Assembly: GCA_027923505.1 (NCBI GenBank) | Contig: BROI01000012.1 | Location: 248,001 to 312,000, forward strand | DNA: 64,000 nucleotides | DNA from: Mayamaea pseudoterrestris | Taxonomy: Eukaryota | Direction of reading: 5' to 3' | In this document: in pieces, positions 1-12,481 of the stretch | How the letters are laid out: every line of letters starts with the position of its first letter | How positions within the stretch are numbered: position 1 is the stretch's first letter | Position numbers and translations under genes: made by a program | Notes under the pieces: model-generated | Database searches by the model: none | Told to the model about the DNA's origin: nothing | The model's input: the letters and a program-made list of their open reading frames with translations, nothing else

Positions 1-410
1 CATCTTCCAGAGCCAGAGCAAGAGTGCTCTCGCTGTCGTTGCCATTCAAGCGAGAGCAGCAATCCAGCAGGACGAGCAGCAAGGCTAGCCCAAGCACTAG
101 TAGTAGAGGAACCTTTACCATGGCTCGTTAGAGTTGCAATGACTGAACCTAGAACCAGTCGGGGTCCGTTGGTCCCATTGTTTGCAAAGAATACGGGGCG
201 GAGAGGCGAATGCGAGGTCGTCATCAGGAGGTCACGGGGTTAATTAAAAAGGAGTCGTGAATGACCGTTTACTTTAGGATGACTCCGCGAAACAACGCTG
301 TCGGACTGGTTCAAAGTAACCATTGCGACATCTCACTCGCGGGTCGCCCGAATGTTTCGTCGCAGAAAAAGACAGTGCGTTACACTTGTGTTCAAAGCTT
401 CCCTTGACAT

Positions 411-1397
411 ATGAACGAAGCGGAAAGTGATCATGCTAGCGACTGCATCAATGACAAAGAGATGACGGATCAAGTCGAGTCATCGCCGCAGCATGCCGAC
501 GATTCCGACGAGACTCTTGCGTCAAAGTTGCGACAGCAGCTCACATTGACGACGACGAATGATACTACTATAGATCAGTCTAGAAAAGCTTCAGACGACA
601 ATGCACCGCTTCTACTGCTGTGTGACCTTGGCTATGGTTTCCCCAAGGAGGCGCGCCCGCGCAAGGAAAAGATGCTAGCCATTGCCAAACAGCTCGTCAA
701 CTTTTTGTCGTGGCAACATGAAACGTACAGCAGCCATGCTAATAGTAAGGTCAAATATAATATCAAGCTTCGTTTGGCGCACGTCGTACTGGTGGACTGC
801 AACGAAGACGGCGTTCAAGCTGCGCTGCTGGAACGAATGAAGGAAATTTGGCGTCGAGAGCGTTCCAATCTTGACTTTCCTTCGAACCTTTACTTTTCCA
901 AGCAATCACTACAAGACTATGCGAATGACTACAATAAATTGCCCGACTCCAGTGGAGACGATGTCAGTGAAAGCAGCCATATCAAGAATCCCTCCTTGAC
1001 GCAGCAACTGTTGATTTACCTTTCGCCCGACGCAGAGCAAATACTTGATACAGTTTCTGCGCCACCTCGAGCGCTGGTCATTGGCATGCTAATTGACCGA
1101 CGCATACAAGTGGAACGAAGCTTGCAGCGATCCAGTGACTTGCACATTGCGAGTGCACGCTGGCCGACGCTACCTGGACTGGATCCCAAGGAACCATTCA
1201 ACGTTGACTGCATATTGGAAGGAATGCAGCAGTGGGAGTGGAACGTTGCAGCAGCAGCAGCAGGCAAGGGCGACGCGCAAAGTGATGTATCTGGATCCGT
1301 CAATGACGACTTTACAAGTGACTGCTTTCGGAGCGCCGCCATGCAGGCCTACCAACGCCATCAGGCGCGACATCCGCAGCGTCCAAAGCACAAGTGA
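411..1397 (+). CDS. TRM10-like tRNA m1G9/m1A9 methyltransferase (SPOUT)
   Basis: 328-aa ORF with LIYLSPDAEQIL...ALVIGMLIDR...IASARWP...PFNVDCIL, matching TRM10-family motifs (YLSPD, IGGLVD, ARLP, LxVN). Confidence 0.7.
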   Translation: MNEAESDHASDCINDKEMTDQVESSPQHADDSDETLASKLRQQLTLTTTNDTTIDQSRKASDDNAPLLLLCDLGYGFPKEARPRKEKMLAIAKQLVNFLSWQHETYSSHANSKVKYNIKLRLAHVVLVDCNEDGVQAALLERMKEIWRRERSNLDFPSNLYFSKQSLQDYANDYNKLPDSSGDDVSESSHIKNPSLTQQLLIYLSPDAEQILDTVSAPPRALVIGMLIDRRIQVERSLQRSSDLHIASARWPTLPGLDPKEPFNVDCILEGMQQWEWNVAAAAAGKGDAQSDVSGSVNDDFTSDCFRSAAMQAYQRHQARHPQRPKHK

Positions 1398-1759
1398 ACG
1401 ACTAGCATTCTCAAAGTATCAGGATAATCTTAACAAGTTATGCTTGTCGTCTGGTCGATGCTACACGGCAATTTACAGACTGGAAGGAGGTACGATGAGC
1501 AATCAGCTCATGCTCGGGATCGTTGCTGGCTTGCTGGCCCATGCGACTGCGTACGACTACATATAATAGATATCATCAAAGTACTCCATTCAATTATGTA
1601 TAGAAATTCGTTGTAAAAAGGTCAACGAGCGTGAATTCAGTTTGCGGAGGAATGCCTTACTCGTCCATGCCCAGTCGTTGTCATCGCTCACTTGTTTACA
1701 CATCATTCCGTCATAGTATTCCTTCGCCAATTGCCAGTCGCACACATTCTCCATATAAT

Positions 1760-2119
1760 CTACCACCCCGTCAATGCCTGATCATCCGCATTGAGCATGA
1801 ACAAACTCGCCGGAAGCATTCCATTCACTCGCAACACTTGACTCGTCACAATCCATCCAATCCAAAGTGTACATACGATTGCCGCGCAGTACTGGCACCG
1901 ATGCACCCACTTTTGCGCCTCCAACTTGATTTCCTCCGGCGTCAAGACTGGAGTAGCGTCTTCGGGAAAGTGGTCGTCCGCGTTCAAGAGTCCTTGCTGC
2001 TGCTCGTCCTCGGGCGATTCAACATGGTTTCGCCAGTACCAGGCGTGAACGATCCATAGCCATGGCAAGCCAAAGCAGCCGGCTGTAAAAATGCGTTTGG
2101 AAAGTAAGTCTGTTCGCAT
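1760..2119 (-). CDS. PSENEN: Gamma-secretase subunit PEN-2-like small membrane protein
   Basis: MRTDLLSKRIFTAGCFGLPWLWIVHAWYWR plus a second hydrophobic segment, resembling PEN-2 (GxxxLPxLWxVN). Start placed at ATG 2119. Confidence 0.7.
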   Translation of the reverse strand: MRTDLLSKRIFTAGCFGLPWLWIVHAWYWRNHVESPEDEQQQGLLNADDHFPEDATPVLTPEEIKLEAQKWVHRCQYCAAIVCTLWIGWIVTSQVLRVNGMLPASLFMLNADDQALTGW

Positions 2120-2450
2120 ATTGACGGGAGTTAATTTTTTTAGTGTAATATAGTATCGGAGACGGAGGACAACTCGGATGCTGCTGCAGCTTCGAGTGAT
2201 GATGGACGAGATGCCTGCCGCCATCGCCAGTTCCTACATGTCGCACCGTGAATAATTGCGAGCCGGCCGACCACTGGCATGCTCACAATTTCCTTGGATC
2301 GCCAAAAGAATGTGCACCTCCTCGAGCGCATGTCCAATCACGTATGTCTTGTCTTTCAGTTGCTGCAAAGCGGCAGTGATGGTATCGTAGCTATTAGAGC
2401 TATCAATTTAAGTTAGACTGCTTCCATCAGCTCGCGAAAGCTGCGGAACG

Positions 2451-3059
2451 ATGACACGAGCAACCTCCGGTGGCAAGCCAATCGAAAATGCTTCAACAAC
2501 CTCGTTTGTTTTGGAGCCTTGCGTTTGTTTACGCAGCGTCATTAACGATGGCAGCCACACTCCGACGAGTGCCGTCAAGAAGGCAGTGAACAGTACGCGG
2601 CGCATTTTGGATCGCAAACTTCACGACTTTCGTATTGAGCAGTTGCAGTTGCTGCATCGTCACGAACACGCGCCTGCCTCCCACCAAAATGATGAAGACG
2701 ATGACGACGACGCCAGCATTGATCGGGAGCTTGACGAACTATCGCAGTGGCAGGATCGAATACAAGCTGAATTGCTTGAGCTGGATACCTCGTGGAGCGA
2801 AGACCGAACAATTGACGAAGCGAATGATGATGATGATCGGAACGATGGCGATGCATTTTTCGGCGGAGATTGTAGCGAACGACAAAGCGAGGAGACTGTA
2901 AAGCTAAGCACGAATAATCGATTAAGCAGTTTGGAGATTGAGTGCGATGCGGGCTACGGTGCGTTTCGTGAGCGGCTATTGGATGTCCTACAAAGACTAT
3001 CCTTTCAGCATTCAGATGCATCAAATGAAAACATTATCGTGGCGGTTCAAACTCACTGA
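2451..3059 (+). CDS. Hypothetical acidic protein
   Basis: 202-aa ATG-initiated ORF, Asp/Glu-rich; no family recognised. Confidence 0.45.
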   Translation: MTRATSGGKPIENASTTSFVLEPCVCLRSVINDGSHTPTSAVKKAVNSTRRILDRKLHDFRIEQLQLLHRHEHAPASHQNDEDDDDDASIDRELDELSQWQDRIQAELLELDTSWSEDRTIDEANDDDDRNDGDAFFGGDCSERQSEETVKLSTNNRLSSLEIECDAGYGAFRERLLDVLQRLSFQHSDASNENIIVAVQTH

Positions 3060-3389
3060 TGCAAATAAAAGCGCGATAATTGCGACATGTAAATGCGACA
3101 TGGTCATGATAATGTGTCGCCGACTTATAATCACCGAATTGACGACTAATAGAGCGCGAGGATTCATGAGCTGCTAATTCGTGATCTTGCAAAGAAAGAT
3201 GTAACGGTGAAAGCGGCCGATGTGAGGCGCCCCTGTCAATTCATTCTCATCTGAAGATACGTTGTGGTGGGTTAGCATGGCGCCGGCGACTACATTTAGA
3301 TGATATCATATGCAACATAAAAAGAATTATGTATGGCGTGCACGCTCGTCAATAACGACATGCCATAATTGAAGCTAATATAAACGAAA

Positions 3390-4853
3390 TTATGTTTCAT
3401 TGGCTTTGCGCTTACGTCGGCCAGCAACACCTGCAATGTTCACTCGACAGATCGCGGGATTTTCACGAACATGAGTAAACACAGAACTCAAATCAGAGTT
3501 AACTTTGTGGTGGGCGAGAACTTGAATGCCTCCCTCCTGGTTTGCAGCGTTGGTAGCCATGTACCCGCGGCCGGCACTGTTGAGGCGGCGAAAGATCTTG
3601 ACCTTTCCGCGCGTCGATTCGTCTGCGCCGTTTAAATGAACACGCTTCAGTGCGTAATTTGTTTCCAGAACTGCCATAGTTTTGGGATAAAGGCATGTGT
3701 TTGCCGTTTGGCCACCGGCCCTGAACACTGTCAAGTCTTTCAACTTGAGGCATTTCTGGATGCAATTGGCCAATGCGTTATCAAAACTAGGAGAAATGCA
3801 AAAATTGATAAGCTCAAGCATTTTGAGTCGCGGACAGCATGCTAGAGAGCAGGTAATGGCCGCCATTGCTGCATCAAACCTTTCCTTGCTGTCAGCCATC
3901 GTATATTCCATGGCACCCCAATACTTGATTGAAAGTTTTTCCAGCTGATGCATAAAGGCAATGCCAGGCGCAAGACTCTCCCAAAAAATGATCTTATCGT
4001 TCGCGAACATAACATCTGTCAGCCGTAATTCCTTTACATGTGTGCCTGCCAATGCAGTGGCGAGGGATTTCGCATCTTCAAATTTGCATCCATCGAATGC
4101 GAGGGCCTTGATATTTGTATGAATAATTCCGTCGCACAGAATTCTATGAGAGCCATCTAAAAAGAGCAATCTATGTATTCCGACTTGGAGCTTTGACGCA
4201 GCGACCACCAGCAAATCAGCAAGAACATGAGCTGCGCCAGGGCCTACATCTAGGAAGTCGTAGGGAGCCACATTTAAGTCAAGTTCTGCAAGCGACGGCA
4301 AGGTCTGGAAGATCGGAAAGATTGCTGGATAATGCTCCGTTGGGACGCTCAGCTCAATCGATTTAATGTTAGGATGATTGCGAATGCCTGTCACAATTGC
4401 CCGAAAGTTCTGCGCAGACTGCGGACGGTATACGCAGAATATAACAACACAAGTTACCTGCCGTAGACCAAGTAGCGCACATCCGTGCAAAGTACCCCAA
4501 GGTTGGTCCTCCGAAATCAGTAGCATATCTTCAATGGTCGATATGTTTCCAAGTGCATCGCAAAGTCTTTGGTACATAGCTAACAGTTTAGCTCCAGAAC
4601 GAGTGCGCGGATCAAAATTCAGACCAGGCCGAACCCCGCAGAATTCAATCCTTTTTAAAGGAGCCTGCTGTAGAGCCTCTAGAACCTGTTGCGTCGATTC
4701 TTCGTCCAGTAAAAGATATTTTTCCATAAAATGGCTATCAACAATAAAATCGATGCTGACGTTCGGAAACAAGGGCTGGTATTTAAGAACCTCATTAATA
4801 AAGTCATTGTGGTCCATGTCCAACAACCAACGAAGACGTTGACCCACTGTCAT
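3390..4853 (-). CDS. RNI-like leucine-rich-repeat protein
   Basis: 487 aa with repeated LxxLxL units (LAELDL, VKELRL, LEKLSI, LKMLEL, LKDLTV) and a C-terminal LNSAGRGY...DLSSVFTHVRENPAIC cap. Confidence 0.65.
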   Translation of the reverse strand: MTVGQRLRWLLDMDHNDFINEVLKYQPLFPNVSIDFIVDSHFMEKYLLLDEESTQQVLEALQQAPLKRIEFCGVRPGLNFDPRTRSGAKLLAMYQRLCDALGNISTIEDMLLISEDQPWGTLHGCALLGLRQVTCVVIFCVYRPQSAQNFRAIVTGIRNHPNIKSIELSVPTEHYPAIFPIFQTLPSLAELDLNVAPYDFLDVGPGAAHVLADLLVVAASKLQVGIHRLLFLDGSHRILCDGIIHTNIKALAFDGCKFEDAKSLATALAGTHVKELRLTDVMFANDKIIFWESLAPGIAFMHQLEKLSIKYWGAMEYTMADSKERFDAAMAAITCSLACCPRLKMLELINFCISPSFDNALANCIQKCLKLKDLTVFRAGGQTANTCLYPKTMAVLETNYALKRVHLNGADESTRGKVKIFRRLNSAGRGYMATNAANQEGGIQVLAHHKVNSDLSSVFTHVRENPAICRVNIAGVAGRRKRKANET

Positions 4854-5328
4854 CTTATGAGCTTTGCTTTGAACTGATAACCAAAGAAATCAGTCTGCCT
4901 CCTTTCAGCTTCGTGCTCCTGGCTGCGTCGCTTGCTGTTGTTGTGCGGCGGTGGCGAAAGGCTAGTCTACCCGTAGCAAACTGCAGATTTTAGGTGTTAT
5001 AGTCGATGCCAGAGCGATCAAAGACAAGTAGTAAGAGACGTTTAGAGCCTCGCGCTTTCAGTGAAGCTTTGACGAGTTCCGTCTTGTTGTCTATTGATGC
5101 AGAGAGTCGCAGGTTGTGAGTGCTTTGCGGCTGGAGTTTCATTGTCGTACAGGTATCCGGTACCGGTAAGATTTTTTAAAACTTCTTTGCTACCTTCAGG
5201 TTAGTTGCGCAATCGTAGCTTTTAGCTTCGTTGCGCTACATATAAAAACGCGCACACATGTGCTTGCGACCATTTATTTCATGTAATTAACAGCTTTTGT
5301 CCCGTTGCCACAGTAGCGGTCACCTGCA

Positions 5329-6353
5329 CTATGCCGATACTGCTGTTTCCTTGGTTTCACTCTCCTTGGGTGGCTCCGCTGACTTGCCGCCCTTCGTTGT
5401 AAGCTGAATACCAACGAGCCGCTGCTCGGCGTCAATCTTGATTACATCGGCCGTCACGTTTGGTCCAAAGAACGTTTCATACTTTTTGATGCGTCGCTCA
5501 TCGGCCCACATTTTGTAGGGCGTATCAAGCGACTGCCACACCATGGTGAAGACTAGTTCACCGTTTGGTGAAACATCCTGTCGCAGCTCCTGCAGCTGCG
5601 GGTAGTCCTTGCCCGGCACGACGAGTCCCAGCTTCTTGACGGTGGTATCCAAGTGCGCCTCGTCTCCGTATCGGTGCCGCGTCACGTCCTGCTTGATCTT
5701 TTTGATCGTTTCGGTAGCCTTTGACTCGTAGACTTGTTCGGCTAGCTCGGTCGTCTTGACGCCAACGGGTTCAATCTCGGCGTATTTCAACGCCGCGCCC
5801 GCCAAAAAGATTGGAATACCGTAAACAAAACCCAGTCCAGACAGTGAAATACCTTCCGAATTGTCGCCACCCAAGTATTCGACAAACGACAGAAGCGTCA
5901 CCAATAGTCCCGCGCCAATGACCAAGTTGCCGAGCGAAAAGCCTCGAATCTCAAAGGGAGGTTCGCCAGCGTTGTTGACGCCGGCGCCGCCAATCATGGC
6001 GGACTTGCTGGGGGTGCTTGACGACCAGCCGCCGTCCTGCATTTGTTTTAAAAGGATGAATGAGTGTGAAAAGAGAAGAGAGAAACGTGATAGAGTGAGT
6101 CACATGCTGCATCATTTACATATCACAATTAAAAAGCTTTCCATGCGCAGCATGTTCAATGATGGCAACGTACATCATCCGACATGTATAGTGGCTGTTG
6201 TTTTTGTAATTGTGGTTTCCTTGTTGACGATGATGAGATTCGACTCGATCGTTCCTTTTGATCCAGCAATGAGTTACTTCGTGGAGGTGGAACATGAAAG
6301 CATGACGTTACTTGCAGTAAGCAAGCGAGCGATAGGATGAGCGTCTTGATCAT
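5329..6353 (-). CDS. Plastid thylakoid protein APE1/slr0575-like (DUF2854), 2 exons (6353-6174, 6036-5329)
   Basis: Signal peptide followed by SC-FHVP bipartite motif; GT-AG intron 6173-6037 joins in frame; core GFVYGIPIFLAGAALKYAEIEP...DVTRHRYGDEAHLD. Confidence 0.8.
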
Positions 6354-6835
6354 TCTAATGGTACAAGTGTGTATTGCTCTGGATAGTGACTGTTGTGTTT
6401 GTGGCTCGTTGCAAAAGTGGAGAGTACTTCCTGTTTCTATGAATGAGCAGTTTCTCGTCTTGTACAATTGCAGCAATGAGTCAACAAGTATTATGGACGA
6501 GACTACCGTATGCTACGAAACAACGCAGACCAAGACGAAAAACAGCAACAGGGCAGCAAGCCAACGACGTGTTTCGTCGTCTCTCGGATGTTCCACCACA
6601 GCAACATCCAATCCAGCAACTGCAACACGCGATGCGTCGGCGTGACGAGGACCGCTGACGTATCTTTGTGAAAGTCGGAGCGGTTATTATATGTAGTGCT
6701 AAGACATGATGACGTTTTGATTACATTTCCACGTGTTCGACGCGCGTTTCGCATTTCCATGCATGCATGCCTGCTTTGCCATCACAATCTCTTCTCTCTA
6801 CATGCTTGGCAATACTAAGTACTAGAGAAATAACA

Positions 6836-8254
6836 ATGAAACGACTACTGCGACGGCAATATCGAACAGTGTTCTCGTATCGATCGCTCGCTCTCCTCTT
6901 GCTCGCACTAAGCTGCCTTGCGTTCACCAGTGGTGCGAGCGCTCGCCGGAATCGGAGCAATCAGCAGCAATCAACGAATGCAAATAACAACGACGAAACT
7001 GACTACTACAAGATCCTTGGCGTCAAGCGCACCGCCAAGCCCAAGGAAATCAAAAAGCAGTACCACAAGCTTGCGTTGCAGCATCATCCCGATAAAGTGC
7101 CTGCTGCGGAAAAACCGCAGGCCGAGCAACAATTTGTCAAAATATCCACCGCCTACGCCGTCCTGAGTGACGACGAAAAGCGCAGCGTCTACGACAAGTA
7201 TGGCGTTCGTGGATTGGAAGCGTTGGAGCGAGGCGTCAATCCCGAGGAGGCGGGGTTTGGAGCGAGTAATGGTGGCAACGGATTTCCAAACGGAGGCTTT
7301 GGTGGAGGACAACAGCAGCAGTTTCACTTTGGTACGGGTGGACCAGGTGGCGCAAACTTTGACGCGTTTCGCATGTTTGAGGAAATGTTTGGGAGTGCCG
7401 GTGGTGCTGGTGGATTTGGCGCTGGCGGCTTTCCAGGCGGAAATGGCGGTGGGTTTGGTCGGCCGCAGCAGCAGTCACCACCACCCGACTTGTTTCCCAA
7501 GAACCACGAAACAATCAGCAAACTGGGGAGTCCAAAGTATCCCAACGCTTCCTCCAAGTACCTTTGGTTCGTCATGTTTTACCTTAACGATCGCGCCAGT
7601 GCGGCCGTCAAGGAGCAACTTGAACTGCTGGCGCAGAAAACCGCCGGCACGTTCAAGGTTGGCGCCATGGACTGCCGCAAGTCGGATGTGGAAGCAAGAT
7701 ATTGCGCGAAACTTGGCGTGGACGACTTGCCGGCGTTTGGATTCGTCGTCAACGGCAAGACGATATTGTTTGAGGATGCCAATCGAATACCGTCGGCCAA
7801 GAGCATGCACGAGTTTGCCATGAGCAACATGCCGCGCGAGTTGATAGTGAATGTGAATCACGTTTCGCAAATGCAGGAGCGACTCTTAATTGCCGTCACC
7901 AAGCAAGCGAGTGGTAAGCGGAGGAAGCAGAGTCGCATACACGGATCGGTGCTGCTACTGACGGACAAGTACGAAACGTCGGCCCTCTACTACTCGATTG
8001 CCTACAAGTATCGCACCTCCTTTTTATTTGGCGAGTCGCGCGCCGGGAACTTGGGTTTGGCCAAGGAGCTTGGTGTGAAAAAGTATCCGCTGCTCGTTGC
8101 TTTCGTGCCAAGGGGACGAGGAACGGAACGTTACAGTGACGAGTGGGACTTGGTGAAATATGCGGGCGAGCTCAACGCCAATGCCATTGGCAAGTGGCTC
8201 GACAAGGTTGTGACAACTGTCGAAACAAAGCAACGAGCAGAATATGGTTTATAG
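6836..8254 (+). CDS. ER DnaJ protein with G/F-rich region and thioredoxin-like folds
   Basis: Signal peptide; DYYKILGV...HHPDK...[19 protein letters not shown]-domain; G/F region; KVGAMDC and [10 protein letters not shown] thioredoxin-like segments. Confidence 0.85.
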   Translation: MKRLLRRQYRTVFSYRSLALLLLALSCLAFTSGASARRNRSNQQQSTNANNNDETDYYKILGVKRTAKPKEIKKQYHKLALQHHPDKVPAAEKPQAEQQFVKISTAYAVLSDDEKRSVYDKYGVRGLEALERGVNPEEAGFGASNGGNGFPNGGFGGGQQQQFHFGTGGPGGANFDAFRMFEEMFGSAGGAGGFGAGGFPGGNGGGFGRPQQQSPPPDLFPKNHETISKLGSPKYPNASSKYLWFVMFYLNDRASAAVKEQLELLAQKTAGTFKVGAMDCRKSDVEARYCAKLGVDDLPAFGFVVNGKTILFEDANRIPSAKSMHEFAMSNMPRELIVNVNHVSQMQERLLIAVTKQASGKRRKQSRIHGSVLLLTDKYETSALYYSIAYKYRTSFLFGESRAGNLGLAKELGVKKYPLLVAFVPRGRGTERYSDEWDLVKYAGELNANAIGKWLDKVVTTVETKQRAEYGL

Positions 8255-8664
8255 CAGCAGCATCACGATAACAACATTTGCATTATAAATGTTTCGTGAA
8301 GCTGGTCATGTTGGAGCACATTCGATGCCATCTGGACCAACGACAGCTGCGACGCATAATTCATTGCGCATACTGACTACAATGATATATTTAAAAGACG
8401 GCAACGTTATTTCAATGTCTTTTCGTGCACCCTAGCTGGGCAAGTAGGCGGCAAGAATTTAGAAAGACGCCATGGACTGCTACCCATATTGATTTCGCTG
8501 CAGTAAATGCAGTTACGGCTACGAGTCGACGCCACGGCTCGCATCGGAAATGCGTCAAAGCATTGGCAGATCATTTTCAATTTGCAGTAGCAAGTGGAAC
8601 GCTGGCGTCGTCACGAGCCGTCAGCACGAGCAACAATGTTTCAAACCGACTACCACTGCTAAAA

Positions 8665-10254
8665 TCATTGTTGCTTTGCATTAATCGCCTCCATTTGTTC
8701 ATATACTGGCGCCATGAACTCCGCTACAGCTTGCTTGACCACTTCAGGCGCCTTGTCCTGCTTTTGCGTGCTATCCTCCAAGAACTCTTGACCCGCCTTG
8801 GTGCCTCGGCCCTTGCTGTACACGTGAGCCACCTGCTGCATGCGGTTCATCGTGGCATCGTCGACGGAGAAACCTAGACCGGGCAGTATCTTTTCCCACG
8901 TAATGTGCGGGAGTTGATTGTAGTTGATGAACCATCGCTTGGACGTTGCTGGGGTTGATTGATATTCGTCAACGGCCGACCCTGCCAAACTTGCCAAGTG
9001 CGCCGCGCAGTAGTCTTCCCTCGACAAGTCGCCTACCGACAAGCCCTTTTCGGTCAGCATTTCCAAGAGTTTGGCAGGTTGCTGCTGCAGCGGTTTCTGA
9101 TAGTTGCGCAAGCAAACGGCATTGTGCGCTTGCGGCTGCTGCTGCTGCGGTTGGTCAAACTGGTAATGTTTAAAGTGACTCATCATGACTTCCACGCTGT
9201 CGCGATAGGCAAACATCCACGGCACGTTTGGCATGGCCTTGGTGAACGCTCCAATGGAATGCACACCCACGGACTGAATCTTGTAAAAGACAAACTGCGG
9301 TCGTTCCACCCGGGTGATGCGCCCCATTAGGTAAAACACGTCGCGAATCAATTGACTCTGCGCACCAGCGTCGCACCGCCGCTGCATCTCGCAGGCTTTC
9401 AAAGCTGCCACGGGCGGCGGCGACTCGCTGTAGACGCGAACGTGGTTGGGTGGTGCACTGGCGGAGAACAGATTGGCCAGCAAGGTGCTTCCGCAGCGCG
9501 ACTCGTGAAAGACCACGGCCGTGGGTGAGACGGGTCCCTGTCCGGGTTTGGGTGGCGTCGCAGCAAAGGTGTGGTTGCGAAAATCGTAGTCCATGGCCTT
9601 GCGGGTGACTTGGTACAAGTCAACCGTGATGGTTGTGCCGCGACATAGTGGCGATGCTTCCTGCAAGTCGCGAAACATTGGGACTTTGGAAGGATCTTCC
9701 GCTTGCTTGTCCCATGAAATGCTGCAGAATGTAGCTTTGACATCTGTGTATGCTTGATCATTGTATGAAACTAAACCCTTGGATGGAACGTAAATGTTAA
9801 TGAGTGTCAGAAAGCCTTCTAATATGCCATCCATTGGGTCGCTGTTGTGAGATATGCAGGTTGACTACGGGTGAGACGAGAGACGACGGAAACGAATAAC
9901 TGCCTCAACGAGACGCTAGAGCGATGACTGCCAACGCTTTATCGTCCATTGACAATCATTCTCCTTTCATCTCATTATCCATTTTTCTCAATGACTCACT
10001 TTGGTACTTCTTTATTCAACAAGTAGTCATGCTTGACCAACAGATCCGGTCGTCGTCGGATTCGCTTTTGGCCCGTCGCCTTGTCAATCTCGTAGTCTGG
10101 CACGCCAACTCCCGCCAGCCAGTAGGACCATAGTATTTGGTAGGCTGTCAACATCAAAAACAGCCACACGGCTAGTTTGAAATACAAGCGAACGTTTCGT
10201 TGCTTGCTGTTGTTGGCATCAAGCTTTTTCGTCTTGATGACTGTGAGCGGCGGC

Positions 10255-10256
<2 letters not shown>
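8665..10256 (-). CDS. Type II membrane sulfotransferase-like protein, 2 exons (10256-10000, 9841-8665)
   Basis: N-terminal signal anchor; GTGAGT...CAG intron 9999-9842 joins in frame; HESRCGSTLLANL (5'-PSB-like loop) and YRDSVEVMMS (3'-PB-like) motifs. Confidence 0.6.

Positions 10257-10257
<1 letters not shown>

Positions 10258-10317
<60 letters not shown>
10258..10317. repeat. (CTG)20 / (CAG)20 microsatellite
   Basis: 60 nt of perfect CTG repeat directly upstream of the minus-strand ATG at 10256. Confidence 0.95.
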
Positions 10318-10550
10318 ATAAATGACACTGACTCAAATTGATGTCGTTGATCGAAGAGAACACCAAGTGTTTTCAGTAGTAGCCTATAGTCTAGCAGATT
10401 CAATAGGTGAAAGAGATGCAGAATGCTGCAAGCACTGCAAGCTTGATGGTCATGGTCGAGGCTTGGGTCGTCGGTCATTCATTTCGAGTGTCGCATGTCA
10501 CGCTTTTCATTCCCGCTTGACATTCAACGAAAGACCTCACTCTCATCACC

Positions 10551-11138
10551 ATGATGGCGATCCATTTTCATTCCGTTCGCCCCAAGCAGTCGCAAGACGA
10601 GAATATGGACGATTATAACCAAGAAGTCGACGACGGAAGTAATGATATAGAGCAATCAGAATCCAACCATTTGCAGAATACAGCTGCGACTGACAATCAC
10701 TCCAGCCCTGCGCTTCCCTCGACAGGCATTGCAGCATCCGCCACGAAACATGTACAACAATTCACTCGCAAGAGCAGCGTGCGAAACATGTCGCGACGAA
10801 GTCTCTCCAACATACCCGCCGCCAAGCCGGATGGATTGTGGTTCAAGCGACGTAAAGACGAGCCCTTTCATGTTCGCTACGTGCTGCCGAGTGACCATGA
10901 ACACGATACAACACAATCACAACAGCATGGAAATTACTATACGCTTCAGCAAACGTTAGTATCAGCCATGCTGTCCATTGCATGCTACCTGTGTTTGCTG
11001 TTTTCGCTGCCAACCATTGCCTTGCTGCTGTGGTGGCGGTTTCGCACGCAAACGGGCGGCGTCATTCCCTTGCCCATTGATAATTCAACGACGTGGAACA
11101 ATACGTTTGGAAGCGATATTGTTACCGAGTTGCCGTGA
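10551..11138 (+). CDS. Hypothetical protein with C-terminal transmembrane segment
   Basis: 195-aa ORF with hydrophobic LVSAMLSIACYLCLLFSLPTIALLLWW. Confidence 0.5.
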   Translation: MMAIHFHSVRPKQSQDENMDDYNQEVDDGSNDIEQSESNHLQNTAATDNHSSPALPSTGIAASATKHVQQFTRKSSVRNMSRRSLSNIPAAKPDGLWFKRRKDEPFHVRYVLPSDHEHDTTQSQQHGNYYTLQQTLVSAMLSIACYLCLLFSLPTIALLLWWRFRTQTGGVIPLPIDNSTTWNNTFGSDIVTELP

Positions 11139-11252
11139 TTCTGATTTGTGGTAAATGGTACTGTATGTATTTATATAGTTGTTGCATACTCATAAAGAAT
11201 TGACAGTGCATCTCTTGTGTTTTACTGACATGACTTTTATGTGTTTGCACCA

Positions 11253-12317
11253 TCACCCTGCATCATCACCATTTACTTGTAACGTGATGCGCAACAGGTG
11301 AATGTATTCCGCATCTTGATAAACTGGATGAAGCAGATTTGGGTCGACCATCTCAACGTGCAAGCCGTAGTTTGCAGCCGCTTGGAAAAAAGCATTCGCA
11401 TCGAAGCGTTCCTCGTAGCAAATAAGTGCCTGCGGAAATGATCGTTTGACAATTTCTACATTATCTCTCTGAAGACGCTTATTTTGCTCATGGGAATACA
11501 CGAGCAAATCTCGAATGGTGCGAGCCAGTGGTTGGAGCAAGTGACTCGCAAACGGCAGAAACAAGTCGGATCCCAAAATGAGGTCCATCCGAGCAGCAAC
11601 ATTTTCGAGCAGTTCTGATACCGGCGTTGCACTTGACCAGTCGAGTGGCAGTATCGTTACTTGAGAGTCACTGCCATTTAGCCCATTCGCCCTCACGTTG
11701 CGGCGCAGCAGCTCCAAATTGTCGACCAAGTCGGTCAAAATGACGTGACGCGCGCCCAAGCACTTTTTCGCATACAAACCAACGGCGCCAGTGCCCGCAC
11801 CAAGTTCCAATACAGTCAGACCTTGTAGTACGTTGGGAATGAAAGAATTCGATAGATCATTGCCGATTGCGTCTATATGTTCATTATCATCTTGCTGCTG
11901 CTCGACGACTCCAGGTCGACTCAATGCATGCGCCAAGACCAAGGCAGCGTCCCAAAGGTCGCTTCCCGTCGAGTGGCGTCGGTGCTCCAAATGCACAGTC
12001 ACCCCCTCGTTGTCATTGTCTGGCGTTAGTGTAAACGTGTTGACGCCGTTGCACTGCTGCTCAAAGGTTGGAATCTTCCAGTGGCGTGGCGTGCGGATGC
12101 GTTTCTTTGAAAAATAATTGTCGTCGTCGTCAAACAAAGAGTCTGTCGTTGCAAACACAGCCAATGGATTATAAGGTTCTGCTTCATTATATTCTTGTTT
12201 GCCCTCATCATGACATGATTGTAAAGTCATGGTGAATCTGGGTGAAACTTTGTGGCCGAGCGACGCTCGTCGTGTCGATCGTTCCATCAAACTGAATGTC
12301 GCATAGGTTATGACCAT
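11253..12317 (-). CDS. METTL21/Methyltransf_16-type lysine methyltransferase
   Basis: TGSDLWDAALVLA, VLELGAGTGAVG (motif I), VILTDL, LDW and DLILGSDL motifs. Confidence 0.85.
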   Translation of the reverse strand: MVITYATFSLMERSTRRASLGHKVSPRFTMTLQSCHDEGKQEYNEAEPYNPLAVFATTDSLFDDDDNYFSKKRIRTPRHWKIPTFEQQCNGVNTFTLTPDNDNEGVTVHLEHRRHSTGSDLWDAALVLAHALSRPGVVEQQQDDNEHIDAIGNDLSNSFIPNVLQGLTVLELGAGTGAVGLYAKKCLGARHVILTDLVDNLELLRRNVRANGLNGSDSQVTILPLDWSSATPVSELLENVAARMDLILGSDLFLPFASHLLQPLARTIRDLLVYSHEQNKRLQRDNVEIVKRSFPQALICYEERFDANAFFQAAANYGLHVEMVDPNLLHPVYQDAEYIHLLRITLQVNGDDAG

Positions 12318-12481
12318 TTTCTACCTTCTTTATGCAAGTTCTAACGAAGTATACTGTACCTACGCCTAAATAGCATAACAATCTTTTTGATAACAAATAC
12401 ACTTGAGATGGGGCTGGACGACCCAAATGATACGATGCTGGCGATAATTCGTTCCTCGCAAACGTACATAAAACGCACCTG

